Shown piece by piece: positions 47,301 through 52,887 of a DNA stretch of 52,887 bases. The stretch comes from Phoronis australis (Eukaryota; Animalia; Phoronida), in contig NMRA01000821.1 in assembly GCA_002633005.1 (NCBI GenBank), forward strand, positions 1 to 52,887. Reading direction: 5' to 3'. Both the position numbers and the translations under genes were made by a program. Numbering within the stretch: position 1 is the stretch's first letter; each line of letters starts with the position of its first letter. The notes beneath the pieces are model-generated. The model did not search any database. It worked only from the letters and a program-made list of their open reading frames with translations, and was not told where the DNA came from.

Positions 47301-50300
47301 GTTGTACACACGCCCCAAGTCACGTGACGAATGTCAGTCGCACTGTCTACTACACGTTGAAGGCCCCTAACGGCGCTGACTGCCAGGTTAGTCATTTTGT
47401 CGTGTCTCAGTGAGAGTGAGGCAGCATGTGCCATGTTTACGTACAGTGCATTTGACGTATATTTTGTCAAACGTATAAAGTCTGGAATCTACAGAGCGTC
47501 TGGAGAATGACTCTGAGTGTCTGATGTATGGTCTGGTTTGCTGGGCGGCTGGTCATTGGTTACCGTCCTCTAGACCTTGGAACGCTACCTTGTTGCCACC
47601 CTTTCGACAAAATATTCGACGTGAACTCCAGCGTCATGTCAGTCCTGTGTTACCCGGACATTTTGATTGAGTGACAAAGCTATATGCATTACATCCTGGC
47701 CAACACACAATAGCAAATATCTGACAAACAACTTTTTAGTATTCCGTTTCACACCTTGTTGGACAAAACATATTTTTTCTGTTCACAAAAATTTCGCATT
47801 TTGTTTTTTCTGCCAGTCAATCATCCTGCTACAAAACATCGCAAATGATTGAAAGGAACGCCGTGAAATGTTACTGTTTTAAAACTATTTACAAATGACA
47901 TGAATTATAAATGGTGCTATAATGCTTGTCCTACAAACGATCCATCATCATCTGCGACACAGGCTGCTGTTTTGGTGTGTCTCCATCATTGACGAGCTGA
48001 GGGTTGAAATATAAAATCTAGTTAGTTTCCACCAACAGTAGTCTCTTAATTACGTGTATTGTAATATTGACATCTGTTGCAACCACGTTGCCTTTTTTCT
48101 GTCTTCGCATTGTTTGCTGTCGGCTCCTTGCTGAGATGAAAATTATTTTATGTGGGTTGATTCAAATATGGGTTTGTTGGATATCACGAGAACGCTCGTT
48201 TAAGAAATTGTCCAACAGGACTCTTATCGTCGTTTTATTTCAGATGGTTGTGGTCTTGGACCCTCTCAAAACTAAGTTATACCCTGTGGCAAGTCTTGTC
48301 ATGTATGACGGCCTATCTGAGTCTTCACCCAAACTGGTGACATTCAAGTAAGTCGCAAAATTTCATTAAGTGGATGCTATATGTGATGTGGGTTTGTGAA
48401 AATGTTGCAAAGGCAAAATTGGTTTCTTAGATTTTGTAACGAATTCAGTTGTGAAAGGAATCGAAATCTCATCATAGATGATTAATGTGTGTTCACCATT
48501 TGTGTTCATTTATTCTCATGATAGTTCACTGAACAATTCTATATATTAGTAGGTGTGAGGGTATTGGTTCATTCTTGTTGTCCTGAAATCAATACAACTG
48601 TAAAAACAACGTAATCAACAACTTTCAGCACTTTTCTGGTTCATTTCTGCGAATAATTTAGTCTCACTTCAGCAAAAATGTAAAATTTCTGAGAATATGA
48701 TATTATACACATTTACTGCTTATAATTGACTCAGAGATAATTTCTACAATCTCTAGAATTTGATGCCCTCGTAATTACTTGGCTAAACCGCTAATCAGCA
48801 ATTGTGGGACCATGAGACCAAATTTCTGTCTCGACTCTCTAGTGACTTTTCATGAAGAACACCACTGATCGTTATCAATAACTTATAAAATGGAGGCTAG
48901 TGTCACAAGTTTAAGGCACAGTTTCTCGTTATTGTTTTAATTTGCCACCTTAAGACGTAACCAAGACGACATACATCTGCATTACGCACCACACGGCCTT
49001 TGGGGCTATATGCCTTGTTGGTCTTGAGGAATGCTACATGATATGCCTTCTCATTCACAGTGCCCAAGGCAGCTTGTTTTATCCGGTCGTTGCCAGTGGC
49101 AACCAGATGCTGTTAGTTGCGTACAACGTTTATGACCCACAGAAGTTTTCTTTTGGTTACTTCTGCTCTCAAAACCCAGGTGAGCTGCTTTTGTTGACAA
49201 TTTCTTTTTGCCAGTGTTGCTGCTGTAACATAAACAACAACGAAAATGAAGTTTCCAAGAAAACCGACCAGGATAATTTTAGTGACTCAAAACCTAAAGC
49301 TGGATTGTGCTGGTATGTTATATCCGGTAGTGTCTCCTCATGCTCTATTTAGTTGTGTACCGACAAGACACCGCTTGCATTTATTATGCCAACTTGTTAG
49401 GTCTAAATACAGCCGGAACCCTGTGACCAAACTTTACTCAAGACTCACCTCGAAAATTGACCATTACAATTGCTTCGCATGAAATATGATTGAAGCTTCC
49501 ACACGATTGGTGCCAATGTCACATTAAGTAAACCCTGGCTGATCTCGGACTAAGAAGATTTGTTGTGGGATGTTTCATTTAAAAAATGTTTTGTTGAGCT
49601 TAGACACAACTGTCTCTATGTTGTTGTTTTCGCTCTTATAATTTGGAACTATTTCTTTTATCTTTAATATTTGTGGTGAACGTTAATGTCTTTCAATTGA
49701 CCTTTGTAGGTAAAATTTCGATCACTTACAGTAGTGTTGGACAGATTGATGTGTACAACAACGTTACAGCTGACAGACGTGTAATCTACCCTGCAGACTC
49801 AACAAGTGGTAAGTTAAACAGTATGTTATACAGGTCTAGTAAGTAGTAAAATTCCGTCAAAAGTTGAAGTCTCCTCAAAAGTGGTAAAAACTGTTTTAAA
49901 TTTTGACAAGAAAAAGTGCATTAAATCAAAAGGGCAGGCAGTGCACAGAATATTTCTTTATACTTGTTTATTATCAATTATCTTCATAATCAATTACAGC
50001 CTCTATTGTTCTACGACTGTCTAAGCTCAATCTCCGCAAAGGTGACAGCATTGTTATTGCCAAGGGACATGATGTACTAAGTCCGTCTGCTGCCAATGTA
50101 CTGTTGACAGTCAACAGTAGCTTCACGCAGGACGTTGTGATTGACGTGTCTGGCTCCACTGGTGCACGGTAATGAGCATTATTAAATTTTTGAACACCTT
50201 GAGGAAAGCATAAAATGTTGGAAAATACTTCATTGACTGTGTATGTTGTTCTATATTAGTTACAGCTTTCATGGTTTGAAATAGAAACCAAGTTGAACAT

Positions 50301-52095
50301 AAACCTTGATTTTCCATCGCTTGGGTACAATTCCGTATCTTCAATCCTGGATACCTAATTCCAATTGCAGGTTTTTCATGTATGAGATGGGGTGTTTAGA
50401 GAACGTGGCAGTCTGGTGTGCATATGACAAGCCGTGGTCATGAGTTTTATCATTAAAATGACCAATAGCACTCGTAGCACTTGTGCGCTATGTTAAGCGA
50501 TGCTGGTGTTCTTTCTCACAATTTAGGCCCTATCCATTTACATATAACTTGCGGTGTGGTTGCCTACTTGTTCCCGTTGCTTCTGCAGAATGCTACTTCT
50601 TAACATTATTCGACATGTGACAAGTATTTTTCTATGAGGAGTGATTTGTTTTCCCTGTTACAAGGACTGCTTCTTATACAGTCTGTGTTTGTTGTGTTAG
50701 ACAATTGTGAGGCAACCACTCAGTGTTTGGTGTGTTGGACAATTGTGAGGCAACCACTCAGTGTTTCTGATGTGTTTATGACAAGGTGTGCTAATGAAGG
50801 CATCGAAAGATGGTTAAACGCTGTTTGCATGTGAAACAGATAAAAGATTTAATACTCATCATTACAGCAATCTGAATAAAGAAGTGTTACTTTGCTGTCA
50901 GTGTGTTATATGAATATTGTAGGTATCATGCAATTTTGTTGAAGCTTACATGAAATCGTCTGCCTACTACTTTAAGAATCTAAGTGCAAGCAGTAAATTT
51001 TGCTATAGGCATTAGATTCTTTCATCCAAACCTATGCAGTACCCAGTGGTATGATCAGGTCTTTCACTGCATAGTTCATTATTCCATCAAAATGCCTGCT
51101 CAATGTTCAAACTATTTCACTTCAGTCTTGTTTATAAAATTTTCAGAATTGATTACAAGTCTGGCAACCATTCATTTGGCGTGGACAAACAAGTCAGTCT
51201 CGTTTACCGGTTATCACACGAAACCGTCTCAAATTCAGGTAAGACTAGGGATTGTTATGGCAGCTTGTGTGTCTAATGAGTTCTAGCTTAGATGGTAACT
51301 GCTGTGTGCTCTTGAATTCTAAGGAAAGTTTTGTTGAAAGTTTTAATTGTTTGTTGAAAAACTTGTCATGAAAGGCACATTGATTGTCGTTGAAAATACA
51401 CTGGTCAATTCGCCCTCTGCAGTAGGGTTATCTAGTCCATTTTCGCTAGTGCTGAACACCATTGGGATACCTGACGTTTCCAGCACCTCAGTGGAGACAA
51501 GTCAGGTAATCACTGAATGGCAGCCTTAGAATGGCACCCTCCGTTGAACGGCACGTAGCGAGGTCTATACACAATGTTTGAAAATTATTATTTACCAGGA
51601 GATATCTGAAGATGTTGACGAGGGTATTGTTCTTTTCAAACTACATCCTTCTGAATATTTATGATCATAACATTAAGCAATAATTGTCATCAGAAAATTA
51701 CACCATGGTTATTTGTTTGTTAGATAACAGCAAGTGTAACGGATCATTATTGTCAAATATTTCCTTTTTCTTCTGGAAACAGAGCTGCATGGCAGTACGT
51801 CAACTGTGTTACAGTATGCCGGCTCTCTATTTAGCAAGCTCATACAGGTGTAGAGTTACTGTCCACTTGTAGTGAATTCGGAAGTGAAAGTACATCCAAC
51901 TGTTTACCTTGCTATGGTTACGTCGTCGGCAATTGCATGATCTGTTCAGGCAGCCACATAAAGTCCTTGAGATGAGGGCTCAATGCACTTTATGATCGTT
52001 CCTGTTTCAGCTTTCTCCAGCAATGTTAGCCAGACGTCTGGTGTTCTGTCCTCTCCGAACTTCCCAAATAACTATCCCTACTACTCAACATACAG
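38277..52095 (+). CDS. Multi-CUB-domain secreted or cell-surface protein (cubilin-like architecture, >=6 CUB); 5' exon not found, 3' end beyond right edge
   Basis: 14 exons join in phase (about 622 codons). CUB hallmarks: SPNYPDSY, ITSPGYPFNYGNNLNCRWTL, LWLQFTTD...SGF, LSSPNFPNNYP; hydrophobic signal-like exon. Confidence 0.88.
38550..38730 (+). mobile_element. Diverged fragment of a HINE-like repeat unit
   Basis: TTCATGAGATTTGG...GCCCCCTAGTGGCAAATTT resembles 52720-52830. Confidence 0.5.
38965..39115 (-). mobile_element. tRNA-derived SINE, same family
   Basis: A box TGGCTGAGTGG, B box GATTCAAATCC; colinear with 26030-26192. Confidence 0.75.
39408..39520 (+). mobile_element. tRNA-derived SINE, different family
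   Basis: GAGGTCGTGGGTTCAAGTCCC B box; no complete cloverleaf. Confidence 0.6.
39747..39986 (+). CDS. CUB gene exon, CUB1 N-half (SADPCNVVL...SPNYPDSY...MTGPA)
   Basis: ATCCAG/GTGAGT, 240 nt, phase 1-1. Confidence 0.88.
41552..41668 (+). CDS. CUB gene exon, CUB1 C-half (VVLTMSN...FRFAFNYTTE)
   Basis: CCACAG/GTTAGT. Confidence 0.85.
42995..43189 (+). CDS. CUB gene exon, CUB2 N-half (CSYQLPSGSKGVFHSPFY...FSQFDL)
   Basis: TTTTAG/GTAAGC. Confidence 0.88.
44061..44180 (+). CDS. CUB gene exon, CUB2 C-half
   Basis: TTTCAG/GTAAGT, phase 1-1. Confidence 0.85.
44603..44752. mobile_element. 150-bp MITE with 3-bp TSD (PIF/Harbinger-like)
   Basis: TIR core AGTTGCATAAA/TTTATGCAACT, CTG on both sides. 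Confidence 0.7.
45222..45461 (+). CDS. CUB gene exon, CUB3 N-half (canonical)
   Basis: TTTCAG/GTATGT; ITSPGYPFNYGNNLNCRW...FADFDL...D.L.V.DG. Confidence 0.93.
46600..46701 (+). CDS. CUB gene exon, CUB3 C-half (TTGPGLWLQFTTDETGTASGFKV)
   Basis: TTTCAG/GTAATG. Confidence 0.92.
47238..47386 (+). CDS. CUB gene exon, divergent CUB4 part 1
   Basis: TTATAG/GTTAGT; open frame in phase (VYYTLKAPNG). Confidence 0.8.
48244..48347 (+). CDS. CUB gene exon, CUB4 part 2 (LVMYDGLSESSPKLVTF)
   Basis: TTTCAG/GTAAGT; YDG..S.SP.L CUB motif. Confidence 0.87.
49061..49179 (+). CDS. CUB gene exon, CUB4 part 3 (PVVASGNQMLLV...FSFGY)
   Basis: TCACAG/GTGAGC. Confidence 0.87.
49710..49808 (+). CDS. CUB gene exon, divergent CUB5 part 1
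   Basis: TTGTAG/GTAAGT, phase 1-1. Confidence 0.78.
50000..50168 (+). CDS. CUB gene exon, CUB5 part 2 (IVLRLSKLNLRKGDSIVIAKG)
   Basis: TTACAG/GTAATG. Confidence 0.82.
51147..51238 (+). CDS. CUB gene exon, CUB5 part 3 (IDYKSG...VSLVYRL)
   Basis: TTTCAG/GTAAGA, phase 2-1 fits neighbours. Confidence 0.78.
52011..52095 (+). CDS. CUB gene exon, CUB6 start (SGVLSSPNFPNNYPYYS)
   Basis: TTTCAG/GTTTGT. Confidence 0.88.
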
Positions 52096-52599
52096 GTTTG
52101 TAATTGAATTGTTTAAAGCATCTTGAACAGTAACACCTGTAAATGTGGTTCTTACAGTATGCTAAGAGCATCGCTCTGAGCTCAATAGTGCCATAATTTC
52201 CAAATGTAACGAACTGTTAGGCGTGTTGGCTTGCTTTTGTCTACGTCACCGCGAGAATCACCTTTTAATTCAAACAGCTACGAATAACACCTGCGCGCAG
52301 TGATGTTCTATTCTGACCCCTATTCAATCTGTGCTGGGATCTCATGGTGACGCAACATGGCACGAAAAGGCAGCTTCACCTATCATTTAACGGGCTTACA
52401 TTTGCGTGATTGAACTTGCGTTTTCGTATTTTACTAAGGCTTTGCAAGGACTATCTAGTTAGCTCAATACATCTAAAATAACAAAATTTTGTTGAAGTTG
52501 GGCTTTAAAGTTAAGTAGGACAATATAAAATGTCCAAATTTGTTTAACTTTGGAGCATCACATCTCATAAGTGACTGATTGGATTCAAATAAATCTTTC

Positions 52600-52887
52600 T
52601 TTTTATGCGCCCACATATTTATATGTGGACGCATTATGCCGTCATCTCTGTCCGTCCGGGCGGCGTCCGTCCGGCGTCTGGCGTCCGGCGTCCGCTGCTC
52701 TATCTCCAAAACCCTTTGACATACGTTCATGAATTTTGGCACATATGTTCCATTCATGAATGGGACGGCATGTGCGAACTTTCGGACGGATCCGACTACC
52801 GGTGTGCCCCCTAGTGGCAATTTTAGTTTTTTACGCTTACCTTTGTATCTTCAAAAGTCCTGAACGGATTTTCATGAAATTTGGTAT
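52600..52887 (+). mobile_element. Same HINE-like family, intact terminus (runs off window)
   Basis: TTTTTATGCGCCCACATATTTATATGTGGACGCAT hairpin, GTCCG repeats, body matches 10660-10968. Confidence 0.8.

Overview
Intron-rich animal genomic DNA, apparently an invertebrate; the taxon cannot be fixed from sequence alone. Two divergently oriented genes were assembled by hand from GT-AG sites and reading phase. (1) Minus strand: kinesin-3 gene KIF14, with 18 coding exons from ATG 27831 to 3964 (929 codons; motor, FHA, coiled coil), continuing off the left edge. (2) Plus strand: a secreted or surface protein with at least 6 mostly divergent CUB domains, 14 exons at 38277-52095, continuing off the right edge. 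Introns and the region between the genes hold many non-autonomous transposons, SINEs and tandem repeats. Most notable: (a) inside a nested transposon cluster (30606-34967), a compact decayed non-histone PHD-finger unit that ends in two histone-mRNA 3' stem-loops plus an HDE-like element and sits behind a CCAAT/E2F promoter; (b) a 1.56-kb open exon inside a KIF14 intron that splices in frame onto the stalk; (c) a 64-bp tandem repeat that multiplies a KIF14 exon end and splice donor; (d) Helentron-type repeats carrying arrays of CTCF-like motifs; (e) a Penelope-type hammerhead core. All calls are by eye; no database searches were run.
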